A stretch of DNA of 64,000 bases from Lama glama (lineage: Eukaryota): positions 25,732,001-25,796,000 of the forward strand of contig CM052818.1 in the NCBI GenBank assembly GCA_028534125.1. Reading direction: 5' to 3'. The notes under the pieces are model-generated. The model searched no databases. It saw only the letters and a list, made by a program, of their open reading frames with translations, and was not told the origin of the DNA. The stretch's first letter is position 1. Each line of letters starts with the position of its first letter. The position numbers were made by a program, and so were the translations under genes. Positions 38,401 through 50,400 of this stretch are shown here, in pieces.

Positions 38401-41400
38401 ATCACATGAGCTGGTTGGATTAGATGATCACTATGATCTCTTAGCTCATTAAAAAGTAATACTTGAGCCTTATCATATGCTAGGTGCTGTTCTTGGTGAT
38501 GAGGATATAATAGTAAAAAAAAAAAAATCCATATCTAAAAATCTGTGATTCTACCTCATTTAGTGTTTTCTCTCTATGAAGTTGAATACAACTTTCAAAT
38601 CTTGCAGTTGCAGGCATAGCACCAACTCAGATGAACTTAAGCAAAACCAAAAGGGGCGGGGATAGGAAATGTATTGGCCCATATACTTACGAATGCCAAA
38701 TTGTGGCATTAGTTTTAGGCATGGCAGGATCTAAGGATTTAAATGATGTCATCATAGGGACAAGATTCTGTCTCTTTATATGTTTCAGCTCTATTTCCTC
38801 TATGTAGTGATAAAGCTAGGATTACATTCTTACAGCTAGCAAATAAAACACAGTCTCCCCGAGAGCCCGTATTCATTCCCTCTGATCAGCCATTTTTTTA
38901 TGTCCCCTTACCCCCAGCTAATCACTGGACTACCTCTGAAGTTAGGGAGGCATGACTATATGACTGAGAATATCAGTGGAATAATTTGGGGTTGAGGAAT
39001 TTTTCTTTTTTTGTGTTTAACCAGAAGAATGGGAAAGGCGAAGTTCTGAATAGGCAAAACCAAAGGATTTCTACAACTTGAGCAAAAAAATAAAGATTAT
39101 TTTTTAAAAAGTTATTTGAAGCATATGGCTGTTCTTTTTAATCTTTGCCATGGGATCAATTAAAACTTTGGATAGGAAAATTAAAGGCTTTCCCATATTT
39201 TGAATCTGCTCTATTATTTCCTTCGGAAAAGAAAAAGACCAAGTAAAGAGATGTGATTGTTTAATTTAGTAAGAAAAAAACGTGTACTAGGTAGTTAACT
39301 CTAAGCACAGTGTGAGTTAAAAAATATTTGCAACTGTACCTTAAACTAGTTTGTCCTTGGTCTATATGAAGTATCCAAAATAAAAGGAGGGGTAATCTTA
39401 ACTATCTCGAAATACTGTACTTATTTCTTGGTACTATATTAATAAATTCTAGTGTATCCAGAAAATTATTATCAGAATAGAGACGGCACTCAAAATCACA
39501 TCATAAGAGGAATGACAGAAGATATTTGGGGAATATTTAGCCTGAAGGTTAAACTTAGGTATGATTTAAGAAATCGTCACAAGTAATAGGAAGGTTATGT
39601 AAAAGGGAAATGAAGGTAAGGATGGGGGTGGCAACTAATATTTATTGAACCCTTGTTCAACAACTACGTCTAGCACTGTGCTAGACACTGTAAATTCTGT
39701 TTATTTATTGTAATTTTATGTGATAAGGATTTTCTTATTTTTTTAAAAATGAAACTGAAGCTCAGAAAGATTAAGTAGCATTAGATCACAGAGCTAGTAA
39801 ACATCCAAAGATTTAAATGCCTGGTCTGACTTTAAAAGCCATTTTGTATGGGAAGTTACAGGGAGACAGATTTGGATGCATATTATGAAGAATTTTCTAA
39901 AAATAGGCTGTCTCATGAAGTAGTATGTTTTCCTGTCATTGGAGGTGTTTAAGGAGAGGCTGATAATCACTTGTAGTAGGTCTGTGTGTGTTTGGTTTTG
40001 GGGGATGAATTATTGAATTTGAGACTTGTCTTTTTTAATCCTATATTTGTAGGAGGGCAGAAACGGTTGTTCATGACTATTGAACATGTGTTATGCATGG
40101 AGATATTGGGAAAACAAAAAGCTAAAGGACATCGTGAGTTTACAGTTTCACTATATTGAGAGATGTTAATGGGCCCTTCTCATTCCTCTCAGATAGAAGC
40201 TTCATTTATACTCTGTTGAGCTTCCCTTTTCTTTGGTTGAGCCTGGTCTTCAAATCTGCAATAGTCAAAATTAGCACTCAAGATTGGTATTATTGGAGTT
40301 TGCCCTTGAGTTAGCATTTGAGGGGCTAGGAGTTTGTAACTGGTCTGTAGCTTGCAGTGAGGACCAAATAATGCTTCCATATATTTGATCCAATTTATCT
40401 GAAGAAGGGATTGAGTAATTAAAAAAGAAAAAAAAGTATACATATGTTGTAGGCATGCCTCCATTTGTTGGGTATTTATTTGGAGTATTGTTTCTAGTCT
40501 GATAACTAATAGATATAAATAGACCAGGAGAGAGCCTAGATAACTAAACATTTGAAATGAAAAGAATTTGGGCTCCTGTAAGAGAAAGGATTAAAAAACT
40601 CCTTAAGCTTTAGAAGACATGGTCAAAGTATTAATACGTGGATGGGGTGAATAATAACTGACTTATTCACCAATTTAGGATTCACGTGCATAGTATGATG
40701 CTTGAAGGAGGTAATTTTAGGGTAGTAAAAGAAGCTCCACAGATGATTTCAGATTTGTTATCACCATTGTATAGTATAGGTAGAGATAAAATGTTGGTTT
40801 AAGAAAAGTGTTAGTATATTGGGGTGAAAAGAAGGATGGTGAAAATACAGTTTGGAAAGATACCTTTAATATGTCAGTTTTATATTTGGAAACAACCCTA
40901 GAGTTGTTTTGTTTTGTTTTTTTAAATAAACTACAGACAGGATGAGAAATTCTTAAGTTCAAAAAAAAGGAGACATAATTTAAAGATACAGAAATATCAA
41001 GGTAGATAAAATAGAAGGCAGAGTTATTGGGAATAAGGGAAATACAGGGAGGTATGGGATATGTTCTCAGCCGTGAGGTTGGGATAATCATATCTTCCCC
41101 TAAGTACCATACTGAATGCATTTAACATCTTCCAGCCTTTAAAGAATGACTTAAATCTTGATCTATTTATTTAGGAAATATAATTAAATAATAATTTATT
41201 GAAGTCAGATCTTTTGAGGGATTTTTAAACTGGTTCTACAATCCATTTCTTTGTAAGTGACCAGTGTGGAGAATACTCATATTTTTTAGCACTGTATGCA
41301 AAATAGTGGTTATCCACAACGGGAAGAGGGGTAGGGGGAGGAGTTGTGTTTGCCAGCAGATTTCTAAGGATCAACAGAGATGACTGTCTTATTTCTTGTG

Positions 41401-44400
41401 GTTTATTATTGCCTAATTATTTTTAGAGTAAAATTTGTTTATATTTTAAATGTATTCCCTAAATTAAATTTTTAGGTATTAGAGTTTTTGTCCTGTATTA
41501 TTGTTATCCAGCTGTACTTAAGAGCTTAATGATGATAATGTACGTTTGGTTGTAGTTTCACTGAGGCAGCCTCATTTGTTTAGGTTGCTAATAGAGAGTT
41601 GGTGTCACATAGGGTTCAATCAGAATGATTCATTTCAAACTTAGTAGCATGTAATGAATATCTGTTTAACCATGGAAAAGTCTCAGCATAAGCAATTCAA
41701 ATGAAATTCCAAGGATTGAATTAGTATTTGCAAAGGACTGGATTTATTTGTTGGATTTGACAAGAGTGTAAGAGTAGTCTCATGGTTATTTTATATATTT
41801 AAATTAGTTATTTTCTTTAAACTCTTAACATTTTTATTGGCAGGGCACAAGACTATTACAGGATTTCCTAACAGTGTTTATAATAAAGAAAAATTAGTGA
41901 GTCTTAAAAATAGTCATAAAGGGATTTAATGTTCTTAAAACAATTCTTAAATTTTAATGGTAAAACATTTGTGCTTTTAGGTTAGGAGGGAAAAACCTCT
42001 TTTCCTCTTTGTGGGAGAAAAAACCTTTCATTTAACAGGTTTTTTGGGCGGTGTATATATGAGTTGTACATGGAAGTCATTTCTTTCCTTTTTAAAAAAT
42101 ATTTTTAAATTGGAATATATTAGTATATAATATTATGTTAGTTTCAGGTGTACTGCATAGTGACTTGACATTTGGATACATTGTGAAACGATCCCCATGA
42201 CAAGTCTAGTAACCATCTGTCCCATACGAATGTATTAGAATATTACTGACCACATCCTTTATGCTATATATTACATTCTGTGGCTTATTTGTTTTATAAC
42301 TAGAGATTTGTACTTCTTAACCCCCTTTACCTATTTCACACCACCCCCTCGACAACCACCCATTTGTTCTTGGTATCTATGAGTCTGTTTTTGTTTTGTT
42401 TTGCTTGTTTGTTTTGTTTGTTAGATTCCACATAATACCCTTTAGGTCCATCCATGTTGTCATAAATGGCAAGATGTCATTTTTATGGCTGAATAATATT
42501 CCATTTTAGACATACATACCACATCTTCTTTATCCGTTCATCTACTGATGGACACTTACCATGCTATAGAAGTCACTTCTGAAGTGATGCAGGGGAGATG
42601 ACCAGTGGCTAGTTATAAATATAGTTCTTTGTCTAAGTAGAGCTTGAATAAGTAAATGAGAGCTATTTTCATTTTCAAGATAATTCTCATACATAGACCC
42701 CTTTAAATTAAACTTTAAGACCATATGTTTCAAAACTTCTTGCTGGGCATACTCAGAGATGCACAGTACTTCACAGAAGCCCAGGAAGTTTTGTATTTGA
42801 GTATTCCTTGTTCATCAGCAAAGGTGGTACCTTGCATAAATTTAAGTTGGCAAGTGTACAAGTGAGTAAATTCAAAGTATAGTAGGACTAGATAACCAAA
42901 TAAACAAGGACAAAAGGTGATATTAATCTATACTGCAGGAAAGATAAAGTATATAATCTTACTAATAAACAAAAATTTTAAATTGTTTAAATTGTCATTT
43001 GGACTACTTGAGATTTTGATTTTATGGAGGTGAAACTATGAAATTATGAATATGAAGTATATTTCCAGTTGTAGCATGTTTTGAACCTGCTGAAATTTTT
43101 TCTGACATTTCCTTGAAGTTGAAATAAGTTATTTTTTAATTTATATATAGTTAATCTAGTATAGTTAATCTAGTATTATGTAAGTTGAAGTTCAAATAAG
43201 TTATTAAATAACTTATTTGTACTTCTTATTGTGAGACAGTGCTCCCTTCTAAGAAATCAAAATTTTCGTGCCAAACACTTAATTGATGATTTTACTCTTA
43301 AGTCCTTTTGCTTACTTGTGAATTGTGAGTTGGTTTGAGATTTTTAAAAAAATGTTTGCTTTTTAATGCAGAGATAGATTTACTGAAAGGTGCAATTTAG
43401 ACTTTTAAAGTTTTTAACTAGAAATTATTTTATCTTGATAGGAGGCAGGTGGAAGTCATCATAAAGTTTCTGTTTCACCTGTTGTCCATGTTCGAGGACT
43501 CTGTGAATCTGTGGTGGAAGCAGACCTCGTGGAGGCTCTGGAAAAATTTGGAACAATATGGTAAGGCCAATAGGGACTTAATGCAAATTGTGAAAAGTTA
43601 TTATAGAACACTACAAGCCTTGATGTTTAACCATAGTATAGTTTCCATATGACTGTATTCTTTGAAACCTTTTGACTCTTTCTGGGATGATGCATGGATA
43701 AATTTTTGTGAATCCACACTCACCTCTCACTCCTCAACCAGGTTGTATATAAAATTGATTATTGCATCTTTCATCTTATTTTCAAATGAGTGCATGATTC
43801 CTTCTTAAGTTCTACTTTAAACAATTGAGTTACTTAATTACATCCTTTGTCTTCAGAGTTTCAAATAGTGGTACTTAAATACTGATTTTTTTGTTTTGTT
43901 TTTTGTTTTTGTTAGTTTTGACTATTAATTAATTGACAATGAAAAATGGGTAGTTTAAGAGGAAGCATTATTTCATTAGGTGTCTGTTGCTGTGAGTTCT
44001 TACGCAGATCAAGAGCAGTCAGTGTTTTAGCTTAGCTTGTCTTTTTGTTTTTTGTATTCACTCAGGCTCCTCCTTTCTCTTCCCACAGCTGGTGTGTGCT
44101 TAAGAATATTGACTTATAAAAATAAATTTAAAAAATACTGACTTAAGTGAAAAACATAATTTAAAAAGTGAATATGCTGCTAAAAATAGACACTCAAAAA
44201 ATTCTTTCTAAATTATTTTTGGAGTATGCCTGGCTATTGTTCTCTTCTTAGTATGGATAATCTAGAGGGTTTGTTTTTTTTTTCCCCATTGATAGATACG
44301 GGATTTTTGTTATAGATAGCAGAGATACAGACTAAGTCATAATATATAAATAGGAGAGAAATTTCAGTATGTTTACTGAGATAACTTGATTGCTTCAATT

Positions 44401-47400
44401 TTATAGAAATGTATGGAGTTTTGAGTATTGAAAGGATGGTGCATAAATAGTTGGTGAGGGAGTAATCAGAGATGTTCAACAGAGAGGAATCGTTGCTTCA
44501 AAGGGTACTAGTAGTGTTAGGGGACACCTTCCCTCATGGCATCTTTTTTATTAATTTCTTTGGTGACCTTATTAAGAAGTAGATGACTTAGCAAACCTGT
44601 TCCCTCAACTTATGTACCTCAGAAACCACTGTTAACATACTAATCATCCTTGGAAGTACAAATTAGAAATCCACACGGGCATAAAAAAGCCCGTTTCTTG
44701 AAGTATCACCAAGATGACTATCACTTCTTAGTCATTTGGAGCTGATATTGGAAGTTTGTCTGGAGAGTTACACAGTTTTGAAGCAGACTTCTTAGACCAT
44801 ATTTAGACTTGCATGTTGGCATTAGACTAGCTCCAGTCACTATAAACTGTTGCATTCATTGTCCCATGGAGAGTAAAGAGATGGTTATCTCTGGATTATT
44901 TTTCTTCTGTTCTTATTTATTTAGGGCTTTTTAAGTTACTTTCTTATAGCCAAGAAATACTAAAGCAATGTCAAAAACAAGATGATGAACAAATACAGTT
45001 TATGGAAATAATAACTATTGATATTTTGTTTGTTTCTTTCTTTTTTTGTGTATGCGTGGGAGGAGGTGATTAGATTTATTTGTTTATTTTTTAAGGAGGT
45101 ACTGGGAGTTGAACCTGGGACTTTCTGCATGCTGAGCATACACTCTACCACTTGAGCTATATCCTCCCAACTATCTACTGATATTTTGATGTTAATTATG
45201 ACCATGATCTGAATGCTGGAGATTAAAGAAATAGAACTATTTGTTTAAATTAGTAATTTGAATTACTTTTGAGTGGCCTATCCAGTTTTAGACTCTATAC
45301 TGTTTGATATTTAGTCCACAGTAATGTGTTCCATATATGAATGTTACTCAGTTAATTTGCGTAGTACATCCTTTTGCCCTCAAGATTGGTAGTTATGTGG
45401 ATAGAAAAGTCTTAAAGTAATTGGAACAAATTAGTGTATAATTAAGAGCTTAATTGGCATAAATATGTTTAATAGGAGTTTTAATTATGTGAAATGATCT
45501 TAAGAGGTGGCTGTTACTAAAGCTGAAGGAACCTTGGGCAGCCTCATATGAGGAGTAGGTGTTTTACTTCAAAATGTTGCATTTGTATACAGAACCTTTC
45601 CTTATTTTTTTTTTTTTGTTGATTTGAGGGGGAGTATAAAGATTATATAGAAAACTGCTAATATTAAAAAGGTGTGTCACCAAGTTCAATATATAGTAAG
45701 TTTATACTTAAAAACTAGATGCATAGGAAAGAGTTTAAGAAACTATAACAGGATGTTGAGAATGGTTGTTATCAGGCTAATAAAATTGCTATTTTTTGGT
45801 CTTTATTCTGTGTATTATAATCAAAAGAATATTTAAAGATATTAAAGATATCTTTTCCTCCCTTTTCCCCTCTCATTAAAGGAGAGGATGCTAGGTAGTG
45901 ATTAGCTATACCAGTTTAAATTTTAAAACAAAACTTTGGGGACCTAATTTGTATAGTGAATCTCTTGCTTCCTCCTGTTTTTATTTAAAAATTAGTAAAC
46001 ATGTTTCAAGCTATAAGTGGAAAGCACCTATCCTACCGTGTTCCTTAGTCTTTTTGTTTATTTTTTTTCTCTTTGGTGTTTTGGTCTTTATCATATTAAT
46101 GCTTTTTAAAGATTTTTTTAAAAATTATGTGCCACACAATTTAAGTACATTCTAAAATAACTGTAACCTTTTAATTTTCCTTTCTGTCTTCATGTGGTGC
46201 CACTTTTCCTGAATAACGTATTTAACTTTTAAGTCTGTGCTTCTAGCTCCATATTATAATTATGGAAAGCAGTTTTTACTATGAACAGATAAGTCTATTA
46301 TAATAGGCCAATAAAGAATTTGTTTTTGAGCCTTTATAATTTTTCTGCTTCCAAAGAGCCAAAGGGCATTATTAACATACTTACTTGGGATATCATTTAG
46401 TTATTAAACCAACTTATATTTGTGAGAGGAGAATATTATTATTTAATTTCTTTTAGCATAGACCTGATTCCAGGGGTTTCTGTATTTTTGCATGCAAGAC
46501 TTTAGAACTTCAGCTAGGAGTCTGCATTTCTAAAAGGAATGCTTCTCTCTTGGAATTTTTATGTTGCATTTATAGTTGGTAAACCTTTAATCCCAGGCTT
46601 TATTATTTCTGTTTCTTCTTTAATTTTGAATAATGTGGGTTGAGAGAGCTAACAAGCCTCATAGACCAGCAAATATTGATTGAATACCTGTCATGTGCCA
46701 GGCTCCGTTTCTAGATTCTGAGGATATAAAGATGAATGAGGCAAGGCAAGCAATTTGTATGCAGAAACTATAATCTTGACAGCAGTCCTCCGAGTTGTGT
46801 AAAGGAGGAAACTGAAATTCATAAGAAATTACATCATTTGCCAGGTTACGAAGTAGTCTATTTCTTATTAAGAAACTACTTGCTAGTTTTTGAAGTGTAG
46901 AGGTAGGTCCTGGATGCCTGACTGAGAGGCAGTGCTGTCACTGAGTACCTGGCCTGATGTTGTTTCTCTGGCCTTCTGCTATTATCAAAAGCATGTTAAT
47001 TGTATTTTAAAATCTTTTTGACGTCCTTGTTCCTGTGAATAGGGAACATGTTGTTTCCTTGTTCTGATCTATGTGTTCTCATTTCTCTCTTCCCTCCATT
47101 TCTTTTTCATTTCATGTATTAAAATATATTCTCCTTCCCAAGGAGTATACAATGAAAAGTAAATACTTCAGCGGGGGAGGGTATGGCTCAGTGGTAGAGT
47201 GCGTGCTTAGCATGGACTAGGTCTTAGGTTCAATCTCCAGTACCTCCATTAAAATAAATAAATAAATAAAAGCCTAATTACCTCCCCCCAAAAGGTAAAT
47301 ACTTCATCCTCTTACCCATAGGCATCCATGATTACCATATTGAGGTGAATATCTTTTTATGGATTCTTCAATATTTAAAAATATTTAAGAATTTTAGAGG

Positions 47401-50400
47401 AGATTATTATATGAAATTTGATCTGTTTGTAGTTCTTTTTATCTTTTGGTTCTCTATTTTTAGTGAGATAAATGAAAGTGTAGTCATTTCTTCCTATGAC
47501 ACTTATTTGGAAAATTCAGTAGAGACAGTTTACCTTCTGTTACGGTTTATCTATTGATTTCTTTATCTAGATATTTTCTAATACTGCTTGGAGTTGGCAT
47601 ACTGAGGAATAAACTGGATGGCGTTATTAGTAACTGATAACAGAATTGCACTTGAGAGTTATGAGGTAGATAAAAGCTTTCACTCATAGGAGGAGGAGCT
47701 TTCAAATATGCACCATCTACCTGGTATACCACATTTTATTTGGATGATTTAAGAGCTGACTAACATTGGATATAGGTTGTGAAGACTACTGATCTGTATG
47801 ATTTGACACATTTTTATTAAAGTCTTCTTTTACTTGACTGAGAAAAATAGTGTTAATTGAACTTGCTATATTAGGGTATTCTTTCCCCATCTGCCTTTCA
47901 GCTATGTGATGATGATGCCATTTAAACGGCAGGCTCTAGTGGAATTTGAGAACGTAGACAGTGCCAAAGAATGTGTGACGTTTGCTGCAGATGAACCTGT
48001 GTACATAGCTGGGCAGCAAGCTTTTTTCAACTATTCTACAAGCAAAAGGATCACTCGGCCAGGAAATACTGATGATCCGTCAGGAGGCAACAAAGTTCTT
48101 CTGCTGTCAATTCAGAATCCTCTTTATCCAATCACGGTGGTGTGTATTTTTAGTAAGACAAAGTAAATTAAAAATGATTTTGAAATTTGCCTTGTGTGAA
48201 TAACCTGTAGTTTTCTTCACAGCCATCTAGATATTTGAAAAGAGTGGGTTTTTAAAAAAGAATTGTTAAAATTAATCTGAATTTTGGCTATCAAGTTTAA
48301 TGCACAAAGAAATGATGAGCACTGAAGCTATGAAAAGGTCAGAAGCACAGTTGTCATTATTAATAAGCACATTTAAAAATCTTATTGTTTAAGATCAGTG
48401 TTAACTCTCTTTCTAATAATAAAGTATTAGACTTGTTGGAAATGATCCAAGAAATATCTCAGTTATATGCCAGCACATGTGTTAAGAGCATCTATTAGGT
48501 AATGACAGAATCTCATAGTACAGTAAGATGCAACTATTGTTATAAGCTGTTTAGAGATAGCTTGTTAGAAACCTATCCGATTTACTTTAAATTCTTTTCT
48601 TCACACTTTCAAAAAGTGATATTAATAGGGTTTTTAAAAGGATTCATGTCTTGAACCAGTTGAGTTTTCTACTTCATAATAATCACATGCTGTTTAATAA
48701 TAAACTAGTGACAAAGACACTTGATTTTTGTAATGAAATCACAGTAAATGGAGCTTCACTTAGTACAGTTGCTAGTAAGGGTACGTGATACTGGGACACA
48801 AAACAAAGCATAAGACACTATTTAAATTTAGTTAGGCATTATATATCTCTTTACTTTTATAATATTTATAGACTTACTGATAAATAGTAATATATTTGCA
48901 GTATTTGGTGTTTAAGGAAAAAGAATGTAAGTATTATGAGTACTCTGATTTGTTTACTGTATCTTTAGTACCTAGTGATGTGGCTGGGTAATTGTAGGTG
49001 CTCAAGAAATTTGAAAGTTGAAGAATTGTTCCTAAGTGGGTATTTAGATTCTCAGATAATTGAGGCATCTTGGTTAGTGAAATTTAATACTATATAGATG
49101 ATCTTCCCTGAGTCTTTCCTCTATAGCCATTGTCCTTGAAAAAGAAATACCGAGTTGTTCTACTACTACTTTTTAATAAACATTTATTACTTTAAGTGGT
49201 TATAAGATTAAACATTTCAAAAGCACATTTGGAAAAAACAAAGTAATTGATTATAGTTTTGGTTTATTAATTGTGTATTGTCAGAGATTCTTTTACGCAT
49301 CTGTTAAGAAAGTACAAATTGAGGATTAATTTAGGAGATAAAAAAAGTAATAATGCTTTTCAAATATTTCATTGGAACTTCTCTAATGTGGATATATTGT
49401 GTAGGTGAGGAAATAACTTTAGAGTTACTAAAGTAACAATTTTTAAAAATCTAATTAGTACTTAATAGAAATGATATCTTGACAGTTTTATTTTTAGTAA
49501 AGTAAAACAGTATACCTGTATTATTTTTCTAAACATAAAATATGATGAAGTCTTACTTTCTTTCCTTTGTAGGATGTTTTATATACTGTATGCAACCCTG
49601 TTGGAAAAGTGCAACGTATTGTTATATTCAAGAGAAATGGGATACAAGCAATGGTTGAATATCCTTTATTTGGAATTTTTTATAGATGGGTGTGAATGCT
49701 GTGTAATATAGATTATTTTTTCCTGCTTAATCATTTCTAGAGAAGTGTTGTTTATTCTCCCCCACTGCTTCCCACATCTATTTATCTTAGATTTAAAAAA
49801 TGAAACTGCAGTGCCCATAGAGAATTTTACTATTTTTCATAAAATAACTTGCTGCTATAAAACAATCCAGTGCTTGATTTTAGTGTGCCTTGCTTTTTTA
49901 ATGGGGAGGAAAAACACTATTTGATAATATGTATACTTGTACATTTTTGAAATTTACCCTGAATGGATCTTCTGAATCTCTCTTTAAAATTAGTTTGGAA
50001 GTATCAAAACAATGGAGTTGATAGAACCTTTCTTGACTTTCTTCCTTAAATTTTTTTAATGACGGTCATGGTTTATGTATGACTTACTTCTCTATGTTAA
50101 ATTTGTTATATATTGAGTAAAAAGAGCAAGTTGCAAAATAGTACATATAGTGTAATTCCGTTTTAAAAATAATTTAAAAAAGACCCCTAACCTGTATGTA
50201 TTCATAGAAAAAGGTAGGGAGGGATAAACAGCAGCCTCTTAATGGTGCTTAGTTCTGGCAAGGTATTTCTGCTTTTTTTTTTTTTTTAAACCACTTTTGT
50301 AGATTTTTTTTTTAAACAATTAGAGACTTAAGTAATTTTTTAAAACCAATAAAATTAAGAAAATGATTATAAACCTCCCTTCTCAGAAATGTATGAAAAA

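Noticed and set aside
40189..41121. 120-aa and 134-aa minus-strand ORFs in intron 1
   Set aside because: Low-complexity AT-rich composition, no splice or domain support
47171..47250. tRNA-like sequence with A and B boxes
   Set aside because: SINE head with tail and TSD, not a tRNA gene; the same applies to the other four copies
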